Positions 1 through 9,793 of a stretch of 32,805 nt of DNA are shown here, piece after piece; position 1 is the stretch's first letter; every line of letters starts with the position of its first letter. Origin of the DNA: Octopus bimaculoides (lineage: Eukaryota); NCBI RefSeq assembly GCF_001194135.2, contig NC_068983.1, forward strand, positions 69,375,636-69,408,440, written 5' to 3'. Below the pieces are notes generated by a model that had not been told where the DNA came from, made no database searches, and was given only the letters and a program-made list of their open reading frames with translations. The translations under genes and the position numbers were made by a program.

Positions 1-534
1 TAGAAGAGTACAGCTATCGACTGAATCAATTGTAAAAATTGACCCACCGGATTTCCTCTCGAAAGAAGGTAAGATTTGTTTTCTCACTGTGGTAGCAATT
101 GCGAGACAGGTTATTTGGAAAACGAGGGTGAAAGGTGCAAGGTCAGGCATTTTCATATCTAGCTCTGCACTGGTGAATTATTTCACCTTTCACCTCAAAA
201 GGAAAGTAGAGCTAGAGAGAAAATGCCTGACTGCGAAAATGTTTGAGAGTCGATGGAAGAGTGTAGCACGAAAGTTGCGAATAAATGTAACCACATGAAT
301 GAGACGAAGGACTCATCTCAGCTATCAGTGGCGAGGCGGGGTACGAGGGGTCCGTACTAAACCCGCCTTACCACTCCATCCTTAATGTCTTCCGGTCTGT
401 CGCATCATCCGATTATAATTCGATTTCATTGTAAAATTTTTAAATGCATGTTTCTGTTAATTCATCCGTTTTCATCTGACCCCAAATCAGGTTGTATCGT
501 CCCCTCTATGTCGCCCCTTGTGGGTAATAAAAAA
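1..534 (+). mobile_element. 3' end of an L1/Tx1-clade non-LTR retrotransposon (ORF2 C-terminus + 3' UTR), cut by the window start
   Basis: Open frame from nt 2 to TGA at 296-298, then a 3' UTR with a GC-rich hairpin (333-369), ending GCCCCTTGTGGGTAATAAAAAA (513-534). Clade assigned from the peptide pattern, not from a search. Confidence 0.7.
2..298 (+). CDS. C-terminal fragment of LINE ORF2 (Tx1/L1-like)
   Basis: RRVQLSTESIVKIDPPDFLSKEGKICFLTVVAIARQVIWKTRVKG...LVNYFTFHLKRKVELERKCLTAKMFESRWKSV... The hydrophobic-A-R-x-x-IWxxR helix and the F-x-x-R-W tail are typical of the L1/Tx1 ORF2 C-terminus. No stops in 98 codons. Confidence 0.6.
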   Translation, partial: RRVQLSTESIVKIDPPDFLSKEGKICFLTVVAIARQVIWKTRVKGARSGIFISSSALVNYFTFHLKRKVELERKCLTAKMFESRWKSVARKLRINVTT

Positions 535-1623
535 TTCTGCCTTCGTTGATGTTTGTGTGTGTTCTTTACCTTGAAGAGGAGGTCATCACTAGTTTGTGCT
601 CTATTGTGCTCCAAATACGGTGATGTACCCCCAAAATGGCCATAGGTGTTTTGTTTGTATTCCGACCTATATTTGTAATCCTTTGTAAATGATGTTAAGT
701 TACCTGCTGGATGTTGGTTTAATGTATCGACTTGTGTGCCTTGATTTTCTTGGACTTAAATAACGTTGATGGTGAAATATGGATTTTACCTTGCTACACA
801 TTGGATGTTGTGTTATTATGTCGTCCCGTGTACTTCGGTATTCCTGTGTATGAATTACGAAATTGGATTTTACCTGCTAAATTTGCTGTCCTGAGGGAAG
901 TAATGAACGTTCGTACAATTTAAACTTAAACTTTTTTTATTAGCCTTTAATCTCAACGAATGAACTATTTTACTACGTTTCCCTATGTATTTTTTTTATT
1001 TTATTGTTTTTTCTATATTATTTTTTCTATATATATATTTTTTNNNNNNNNNNNNNNNNNNNNNNNNNNNNNNNNNNNNNNNNNNNNNNNNNNNNNNNNN
1101 NNNNNNNNNNNNNNNNNNNNNNNNNNNNNNNNNNNNNNNNNNNNNNNNNNNNNNNNNNNNNNNNNNNNNNNNNNNNNNNNNNNNNNNNNNNNNNNNNNNN
1201 NNNNNNNNNNNNNNNNNNNNNNNNNNNNNNNNNNNNNNNNNNNNNNNNNNNNNNNNNNNNNNNNNNNNNNNNNNNNNNNNNNNNNNNNNNNNNNNNNNNN
1301 NNNNNNNNNNNNNNNNNNNNNNNNNNNNNNNNNNNNNNNNNNNNNNNNNNNNNNNNNNNNNNNNNNNNNNNNNNNNNNNNNNNNNNNNNNNNNNNNNNNN
1401 NNNNNNNNNNNNNNNNNNNNNNNNNNNNNNNNNNNNNNNNNNNNNNNNNNNNNNNNNNNNNNNNNNNNNNNNNNNNNNNNNNNNNNNNNNNNNNNNNNNN
1501 NNNNNNNNNNNNNNNNNNNNNNNNNNNNNNNNNNNNNNNNNNNNNNNNNNNNNNNNNNNNNNNNNNNNNNNNNNNNNNNNNNNNNNNNNNNNNNNNNNNN
1601 NNNNNCGAAACGTATCGACTAGA

Positions 1624-2269
1624 TTATGACTGGAAGATAACAGCTTTTACCACGGCCTCAAAACGGCTCTGGAATTTCGTACATGCGTTCCTCATTATGT
1701 TCCTGGAAACGTCTTCGAACACCGCCTTGATCTTGGCTATCAGCTCGCCTCGATATTTGAGGCAGCGACGTAGGTGTATCTTCTCAACGGCGCCTTACAC
1801 ATAGCAATCCATGAGATTACAACTGGAGGATTTAGGACGCCAGAGATTAGGGCTGGTAAAATCATAGAAATTCTCCGACTCCCACTTAGGACTCTTTCCA
1901 CATGTAAGGCAAGGAGCCGAATCCTGCTACCACACATATGGTCTTCCAACAGCAGCTCTCTCCATTCAGGGATTGACTTCATATTCCAGTAATTTCACAT
2001 AGTTGTCTGAACTGAGCCTAAGGCACTGTTCAGATGTCTAAGGATGAATTCCGCCGTGCAGCTTCTGTCAGATGCCTACTGTATCCTTTCCTGCTGCCTA
2101 TGGCTTGGTAGTCTCCGTTGCAGCTGAATGTCACACGTCACATCTTACAGCCTTTATAGGGTTCACAAAGCATTGAACAGTAGTAATACTCTCGGCATTT
2201 TGATACCCGATGTGAATCATCATGGTACAGGTAACTCTTCCAATATTCAGATGGTTTCCTAACCTCCAT
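1624..2269 (-). pseudogene. Internally deleted, frameshifted Tc1/mariner transposase of the DD37D (maT) type
   Basis: N-terminus with frameshifts: MEVRKPSEYWK/RVTCTMMIHIGYQNAESITTVQCFVNPIKAVR/SCNGDYQAIGSRKGYSRH/SDRSCTAEFIL. This is joined near 2040 to EQCLRLSSDNYVKLLE...GRPYVW*QDSAPCLTCGKSPKWESENFYDFTSPNLWRPKSSSCNLMDCYV*GAVEK...FEAVVKA. I count 37 residues between the D of QDSAP and the D of MDCYV. Confidence 0.85.
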
Positions 2270-2339
2270 GTCAGCTAACTTATTCCCAACTACAAATATA
2301 ATCTTCATGTTCTCCAACATCATTAACTGTTCACCAATA

Positions 2340-2399
2340 CATCAAGGTGTTCCTGAAAAAAAAGGGAGACATAAAATACCGTCAAATTTAGACGAAGAT
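2340..2399. mobile_element. Tc1/mariner TIR-like end fragment
   Basis: CAAGGTGTTCCTGAAAAAAAAGGGAGACATAAAA resembles CAGGGTG-type termini of maT/Tc1 elements. It abuts the transposase relic; no partner end is visible. Confidence 0.35.
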
Positions 2400-2402
2400 C
2401 CC

Positions 2403-2403
<1 letters not shown>

Positions 2404-2447
<44 letters not shown>

Positions 2448-2587
2448 TTATACACGCATATCGATTAAATGGGTAGCATAGTCTCTGCATCTTTCTCGCT
2501 GTCTCTCTTACACGCACACACACACACTCATTCATACACACATGCACAAAGCGTATCTAAACTTCGTTAGGCATACATACAAATGTG

Positions 2588-2626
<39 letters not shown>

Positions 2627-2681
2627 ATAGATCGATAGATAGATAGATAGATGTGTATATATATATATAGATATATCTACG

Positions 2682-2717
<36 letters not shown>

Positions 2718-3055
2718 CATACATACATACAAATATATATGTGTGTATGTATCTAGTTCTATGAGTGTGTGTGTGCGCTCGTTTGCTTGTGTGAGCGTTT
2801 TTGCGTATGTGTGCGTGTGTGTACAAAAGAATAAAATAAAAATATATATGCATGCATGTGCAAAATGCTTGTCGGAATAGCTTTAATAAAATGTCCCGCC
2901 ATTGCATGAATGATCAAAAGGATCTTTGAAGACCTGGGACCTCACACAATTCTCGAAACGCTTTCCTAGCTATTCTTTTTCAACATTTACCTCCCAACTC
3001 ACTTCTAAATTCATCTACCTCTATCTTTATATACACACATATACATACATACAAG

Positions 3056-3122
<67 letters not shown>

Positions 3123-3217
3123 GTCTATCTATCTATCTATCTGCCTGCCTGTCTAACTATTTTTCATGCGACAAAGAAAATCATTAAATCGTATTTCAAT
3201 GTCTTTTTAAAGACTGT

Positions 3218-3272
<55 letters not shown>

Positions 3273-3388
3273 CATACGTACGTACCTGTGCTTCTGCGTG
3301 TATATATTACATATATTTAGCTTTATATAAATATGTAAAATATCTAAATATATATGAATAAATGAATAAATACATACATACATACATG

Positions 3389-3467
<79 letters not shown>

Positions 3468-3911
3468 ACAAATACATTTTCTTATATATATATAAACGTG
3501 TATACCGTATACATTGATATTGAAATTTGTTCAGAACTGTTTATTCGTTTTTTCATCCGTAATTGTTACCATAGAAATATATACGCTTGTGGTGCGATAG
3601 GTTGTGGCGGTAATATGTTTTTTCTTTGTATATCTATATTATAAGATGCACAAGTGTAAGCTACAAAATTTAATATTTGACAAAGTACTTTTCAAATCGT
3701 CAATTAATATATATCTTGAAAAGATTTGCGGTATTATTTCTTAAGAAGTTTAGTTTTGATATACATACATACATACATACATACATACATACATACATAC
3801 ACAGACATATATGTATATATGCGTGTTTGAATGAATGTCTATATATATGTGGTGTGTGTGCGTGTGTGCGCGCGTGTTTACGATGTTTGTATGAATGTGT
3901 ATGTGTGTGCG

Positions 3912-3966
<55 letters not shown>

Positions 3967-3992
3967 TCACATATATACATACATATACATAC

Positions 3993-4038
<46 letters not shown>

Positions 4039-4385
4039 GTATATATATATATGTATGCATAAATACATTCATACGTATACTTGTTTGCATGTGTGTCTGT
4101 ATATACGTGTATGTGTATATTTATGTATTTGTATGTGCATACGTGTGTACGCTTTTGAAGTATTTCTTTTGAAATGGTCAAAGAAGCACTAGCGTTGGTA
4201 AATGTCAAGTTTTCTTGATATCACTTGGACAGTGGCTTGTGTTTGTGACTAAATACATAGAAATGTGCTCGTACGTGTGCGACTTTACGGTTTTATTGAT
4301 ACACACATATATATGCATACATACATACACAGATTCATGCACACACACATACAACACACTCATATATATATATATATATATATAN
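2404..4385. repeat. Compound microsatellite field: (GT)n, (TA)n, (TAGA/TCTA)n, (CATA)n
   Basis: Directly visible, e.g. (GT)n 2404-2444, (CTAT)n about 3056-3140, (TA)n about 3220-3268, (TG)n about 3408-3464, (CATA)n about 3762-3798. Confidence 0.95.
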
Positions 4386-5028
4386 NNNNNNNNNNNNNNN
4401 NNNNNNNNNNNNNNNNNNNNNNNNNNNNNNNNNNNNNNNNNNNNNNNNNNNNNNNNNNNNNNNNNNNNNNNNNNNNNNNNNNNNNNNNNNNNNNNNNNNN
4501 NNNNNNNNNNNNNNNNNNNNNNNNNNNNNNNNNNNNNNNNNNNNNNNNNNNNNNNNNNNNNNNNNNNNNNNNNNNNNNNNNNNNNNNNNNNNNNNNNNNN
4601 NNNNNNNNNNNNNNNNNNNNNNNNNNNNNNNNNNNNNNNNNNNNNNNNNNNNNNNNNNCATATATATATATACATCTGAAAAATTACTTGGCTCACAACG
4701 ATTGTTTAGCTGTGTTTTCTAAGAAAGCATTGCGTTACATAACGCAGTGCACCGAGAGTTATGACTATGAATGAGAATCTACACTCAGATTATAAAATCT
4801 GTTGTCATAACGTTGTTGACTGTGTTTCCTCGTCCACTGGATCATTAAACCGCCATTCACAACTGTTCCCTGTCCATACTTCAACGGCGATTCATAAGTA
4901 ACGTGATCTCTTGTTGCTCGGGACAATGTGAAGGATTCATTTGACATACTAGTAAAAGAAACCAAATCTTACTCAAACCACATTATATTAAATCATTGTG
5001 TTCTCAGCCACTAGTTTCTTAAACCAGC

Positions 5029-5388
5029 TGTAGTAACGCTGTGCGCATGCGTAGTCTCACGCATGCGTGCAATTCAACAACCAAGCTTTCCCGCTTCATT
5101 CTGTCTCTTTCTTGCTGGCCAGCGATTGAGCAAGGACGTGTTTAGCTGTCTCTCTCCATCTTTCGAACTTACGCTAGACGGCTCGCTCACATCTACATAC
5201 CGTGTCACATTCACCATATAACACACACAGAAGACGTCTCAACAAACAAGAGCTAAAGATATACATTTACCACCATGAATAAATGTTGTTGTTGTTGATA
5301 GTCTGGAGTTCAGCGTTCCGTTCACTTCTAATTTTATATAGGAAAGTCAGGTGTGCATCTAATGATGTATAACCCACTTTCCACTATA
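5029..5388 (+). repeat. 5' LTR (360 bp)
   Basis: TG start, hairpin GCATGCGT-agtctc-ACGCATGC near the start, AATAAA at 5278-5283, ends CCACTATA. Confidence 0.85.
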
Positions 5389-5389
5389 G

Positions 5390-5420
5390 TGGTGACCCTC
5401 CGACGTGATTCAAACACGCA
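5390..5420 (+). promoter_or_regulatory. tRNA-Trp primer-binding site 1 (extended)
   Basis: TGGTGACCCtcCGACGTGAT matches the canonical tRNA-Trp PBS TGGTGACCCCGACGTGAT with a 2-nt insertion. It continues TCAAACACGCA, matching the complement of the tRNA-Trp T-arm (T[T/C]GAACACGCA). Confidence 0.85.
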
Positions 5421-5451
5421 GGTGAGCTACAATAACCACTTTCCACTAAAG

Positions 5452-5465
5452 TGGTGACCCCGACT
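5452..5465 (+). promoter_or_regulatory. tRNA-Trp primer-binding site 2
   Basis: TGGTGACCCCGAC (13/13 match to the Trp PBS), preceded by a copy of the LTR end CCACTTTCCACTAAA + G. Confidence 0.8.
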
Positions 5466-5509
5466 AAGAAACAAGCACGGCCATGGATTCTGGACTACCA
5501 ACCTATAAC

Positions 5510-5523
5510 TGGTGAACCCGACT
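5510..5523 (+). promoter_or_regulatory. tRNA-Trp primer-binding site 3
   Basis: TGGTGAACCCGAC (12/13). It begins a 50-nt unit that is 41/50 identical to the unit starting at PBS 2. Confidence 0.7.
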
Positions 5524-6254
5524 AAAGAACAAATGCGGCCATGGAGACTGAACTACCAAGCAACGATGACCACCAACATCTCCAACCATAGTCAACACGA
5601 CTTACTATGTACACCAAACTAAACCACCGCGGCAAATCTCTCTCTTTGATTCTGTTAGGTGACTTAGCTTCACCACGATAATAAACAGACAATTGTGTAC
5701 TCAAGAACTTGGTTTAAAAATCTCACCTGTACTGACTTTCTATCTGCTGTAAATATCTCACATACATATAGACGGCCTGTCTTTTATTATGTTCTTATAT
5801 GTCGCATTCACACTCTCACATACACATACATCTTTTATGCCACACTAAATATCTCTTGTTATTCATTTTATACGGTTGTGTTTATCATTTTCTATCGTCT
5901 CCCTTTTCTGGCCATATGTTATCGTAGTATAACATATCATGTATATCATCTTTGATATATTATTTTGTGTTCGACCGTGTGACACGTTTAAATAAAAGGA
6001 GTCCTCTGTTTTTCCATTCGTCACCATTTCTCCTTGTCGTCACTGTAAAACTGGACATCATTACGACCGTCAACACCATTACCACCGTCAACACCATTAC
6101 CACCACACATACAGAACACAGCTATATTACAGTTCCTGCACCGACGTCTTCTCTATCAATGTACTGTCTACCACAATGTCGTGCGCCAACAACCCCACCA
6201 CCAGGAACACACCAGATCAACACACTCGGTTTTATCTTCACTGTGGAGTGGAAT

Positions 6255-6919
6255 NNNNNNNNNNNNNNNNNNNNNNNNNNNNNNNNNNNNNNNNNNNNNN
6301 NNNNNNNNNNNNNNNNNNNNNNNNNNNNNNNNNNNNNNNNNNNNNNNNNNNNNNNNNNNNNNNNNNNNNNNNNNNNNNNNNNNNNNNNNNNNNNNNNNNN
6401 NNNNNNNNNNNNNNNNNNNNNNNNNNNNNNNNNNNNNNNNNNNNNNNNNNNNNNNNNNNNNNNNNNNNNNNNNNNNNNNNNNNNNNNNNNNNNNNNNNNN
6501 NNNNNNNNNNNNNNNNNNNNNNNNNNNNNNNNNNNNNNNNNNNNNNNNNNNNNNNNNNNNNNNNNNNNNNNNNNNNNNNNNNNNNNNNNNNNNNNNNNNN
6601 NNNNNNNNNNNNNNNNNNNNNNNNNNNNNNNNNNNNNNNNNNNNNNNNNNNNNNNNNNNNNNNNNNNNNNNNNNNNNNNNNNNNNNNNNNNNNNNNNNNN
6701 NNNNNNNNNNNNNNNNNNNNNNNNNNNNNNNNNNNNNNNNNNNNNNNNNNNNNNNNNNNNNNNNNNNNNNNNNNNNNNNNNNNNNNNNNNNNNNNNNNNN
6801 NNNNNNNNNNNNNNNNNNNNNNNNNNNNNNNNNNNNNNNNNNNNNNNNNNNNNNNNNNNNNNNNNNNNNNNNNNNNNNNNNNNNNNNNNNNNNNNNNNNN
6901 NNNNNNNNNNNNNNNNNNN
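6255..6919. other. Assembly gap inside the LTR element
   Basis: 665 N. Only about 24 bp of the 3' LTR start is needed to fill it. Confidence 0.95.
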
Positions 6920-7255
6920 AGTCTCACGCATACGTGCAATTCAACAACCAAGCTTTCCCGCTTCATTCTGTCTCTTTCTTGCTGGCCAGTGATTGAGCAA
7001 GGACGTGTTTAGCTGTCTCTCTCCATCTTTCGAACTTACGCTAGACGGCTCGCTCACATCTACATACCGTGTCACATTCACCATATAACACACACAGAAG
7101 ACGTCTCAACAAACAAGAGCTAAAGATATATATTTACCACCATGAATAAATGTTGTTGTTGTTGATAGTCTGGAGTTCAGCGTTCCGTTAATTCTTAATT
7201 TTATATAGGAAAGTCAGGTATACATCTAATGATGTATAACCCACTTTCCACTAAA
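6920..7255 (+). repeat. 3' LTR (first ~24 bp lost in gap)
   Basis: Near-identical to 5053-5388; ends CCACTAAA followed by the TSD CAGC. Confidence 0.85.
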
Positions 7256-8378
7256 CAGCCATTCTTAACTGTTCCTAAGCTATATTTCCGCAACGGAGCA
7301 TATGATTCAAAATATATTTTTCCTCCTCGCCAACGAAGAGGTCTTCTCAACAGTCAGGTGACCGATGAGAAATATTAACCAAATCTCTTTCAACTCTTGT
7401 TATTTCATTGTGAATTTTCTCACTTGTCGGGTCATTAGAGCTGCCATGCTTAAAGTCTTACACAAAGCGAACACAATGGACAATGTAGGTCTTACATACA
7501 ACTAACGGCATGGTCATGCTGGAAAACTTCTCATCATAAGGTGACTCAGTCAGGTTTGACTGGGGTGAAACAACAACATTTGTACTTAGTGTCAATACAA
7601 ATTACCATGTCTGTTGTTTTTAGCATATATTAGTTTTGATTAAGATGTATGACCGAAGGCGCTCCAGTCGTAGTCATTCTGTTAAATGTGTATGAAGAGT
7701 GCGTTCAAGTCTTGAGAGAAAACTGACAGTTGTATCAATGACAGACCGAGAGACCACGTAGAGGTTCCTTCGTTGATTTGCTGTTACGTTTTGTAATTGT
7801 GTAATCTAAATACACTACTTTATAGGATTGAAACATTACTCTATATCGTCTTTATTTACCAAAAATTTCAATTGGCTTATATTATTCGAATCAGCTACCC
7901 CACTTTTAAATTTTAAACACATCCCAGGAAACAAGAATAGCTGCATGATTATTCTTTGTTAACCCAAGTTTTCCAACTTACCTTTTATTACATGTGTGAA
8001 CGCCTACCATATGTGAATTTAGCGGAACATTACCTCGAATTACATTGTCTCAACTTTATTGCACGTATTACTATACGTGAAATAAAGTTGTATAGTCTTA
8101 AGTGCATGAGAAATGTAACTTATCCTGGAGAGGACGTGTATCTACCACAGGCAACATGCCCAGCTGATCTGGTGATACTTTTCCTACCAAGAGGAAGATG
8201 AGCTGAAGCAATGTAAAACAAAATATTCTTCCCAAATACGCAATGGAATCGCTCTGTTGTGGATTTGAAGCCTATAGCAATCAGCTAATCGTCTAATATC
8301 ATATCCACTCGATAGTCTTGCTTCTAACATTTTGCGTGGTCCTCAGGTAAATGCTTATTATTTGCTTCTTGTTCTAAT

Positions 8379-8715
8379 AGGCGCACGAGTGGCTGTGTGG
8401 TAAGAAGTTTGCTTCCGGATTCAGTTCCACTGTGTGGCCCCCTGGGCAAGTGCCTTCTACTATAGACTCGGGCCAACCAAAACCTTGTGAGTGGATTTGG
8501 TAGACGGAAACTGAAAGAAACCCGTCGTGTATATATATATATATATATGTATATGTTTGTGTGTCTGAGCTAGTCCCTTCACCAGCGCTTGACAACCGAC
8601 GATATTGGTGTGGTTACGTCCCCGTAACATAGCGGTTCGGCAAAATAAACCGATAGGATAAGTACTAGGCTTACAAAGAATAAGTCCTAGGGTCGATTTA
8701 CTTCATTGAAGGCGG
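8379..8715 (+). mobile_element. tRNA-derived SINE (family A) with internal microsatellite
   Basis: A-box-like GTGGCTGTGTGGTAAG, B-box-like GGATTCAGTTCC (short deletion between them), CTGGGCAAGT core, internal (TA)/(TG) run at about 8528-8566. The 3' half is homologous to 26285-26503. Confidence 0.75.
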
Positions 8716-9039
8716 ACCAATGATAAGATCATTAATGGAATTTTTGAAAGACTCTTGAGATGTCTTTCACACAATGCAGTGGGAATGAATTTAAGTAACT
8801 GTTAACATAATTTACTTTAAGGTATGGATGAATTAAATTTAGTTTTAACTTCCCCATTCTTATAAACACCAAGTAGCTGTTTAACACCCTTTGTGATCGT
8901 GAGTGCACCAAACCACATGTGTGCGTATGCTTACATTTTCGCGGACGCTTGTATGAGCAAGTGCACACGCGCCATGCAGCTTGCGTGTGGGCGTTTATAC
9001 ATCCATATTTGTTAACGGTTATTTTTAATGCTTTCCTCG

Positions 9040-9340
9040 CTGGGTCACGTATTCGTTTCTCTTTTTGTCATCTGTGATTTTATTTTTGATCTTCTAGGTA
9101 AATGAAGATATTTCCTTCGTTTTGCTACTTTTCTTTCTACGAAATGAGAAGATATATTGCGGAACTATTATTTTAATAAGTTGTGTCTATTTATCACCCG
9201 TTGTGTCTATTTATCATGCCGGATGCTCCTGAAGCAGTTGTTAAGTGTATCACCCGTGAGGGATCGATGCTAAATGTGTCGAAACAATTGTCGTGATTAA
9301 TAATAAATTCTCGTATATTCCATTTTCCGTCTTTCATTTA
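9040..9340 (+). mobile_element. Penelope-like terminal (pseudo-LTR) relic with decayed hammerhead
   Basis: CGAAAC-AATT-GTC with flanking stem ATCAC/GTGAT, followed by AATAAA (9305) and a pyrimidine-rich end. This is the usual layout of PLE ends. The left boundary is approximate. Confidence 0.4.
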
Positions 9341-9381
<41 letters not shown>

Positions 9382-9793
9382 NNNNNNNNNNNNNNNNNNN
9401 NNNNNNNNNNNNNNNNNNNNNNNNNNNNNNNNNNNNNNNNNNNNNNNNNNNNNNNNNNNNNNNNNNNNNNNNNNNNNNNNNNNNNNNNNNNNNNNNNNNN
9501 NNNNNNNNNNNNNNNNNNNNNNNNNNNNNNNNNNNNNNNNNNNNNNNNNNNNNNNNNNNNNNNNNNNNNNNNNNNNNNNNNNNNNNNNNNNNNNNNNNNN
9601 NNNNNNNNNNNNNNNNNNNNNNNNNNNNNNNNNNNNNNNNNNNNNNNNNNNNNNNNNNNNNNNNNNNNNNNNNNNNNNNNNNNNNNNNNNNNNNNNNNNN
9701 NNNNNNNNNNNNNNNNNNNNNNNNNNNNNNNNNNNNNNNNNNNNNNNNNNNNNNNNNNNNNNNNNNNNNNNNNNNNNNNNNNNNNNNNNNNNN

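Larger units (their letters stand above)
5029..7255 (+). mobile_element. Non-autonomous (no visible ORF) Ty3/Gypsy-type LTR retroelement, CsRn1-like by PBS and TSD
   Basis: Direct repeats 5053-5388 and 6920-7255 (10 differences over 336 bp). Starts TGTAGT at 5029. TSD CAGC at 5025-5028 and 7256-7259. tRNA-Trp PBS immediately after the 5' LTR, and a purine-rich TCACTGTGGAGTGGAAT just before the gap that hides the start of the 3' LTR. A Trp PBS with a 4-bp TSD is the known CsRn1-clade combination. Confidence 0.85.

Noticed and set aside
2917-2970. TTGAAGA...CGAAACGC hammerhead-like spacing (also TTATGA-GGTA-GAAAC at about 29438-29455)
   Set aside because: Cores mutated and stems I and II do not form convincingly.
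5381-5559. CRISPR-like repeat-spacer appearance
   Set aside because: The repeats are tRNA-Trp PBS motifs in a eukaryotic LTR element, the spacers of units 2 and 3 are homologous to each other, and there are no cas genes.
6132-6147. Possible fourth PBS (GTTCCTGCACCGACGT)
   Set aside because: Only 10/16 identity and no TGG start; mentioned only as a weak possibility.
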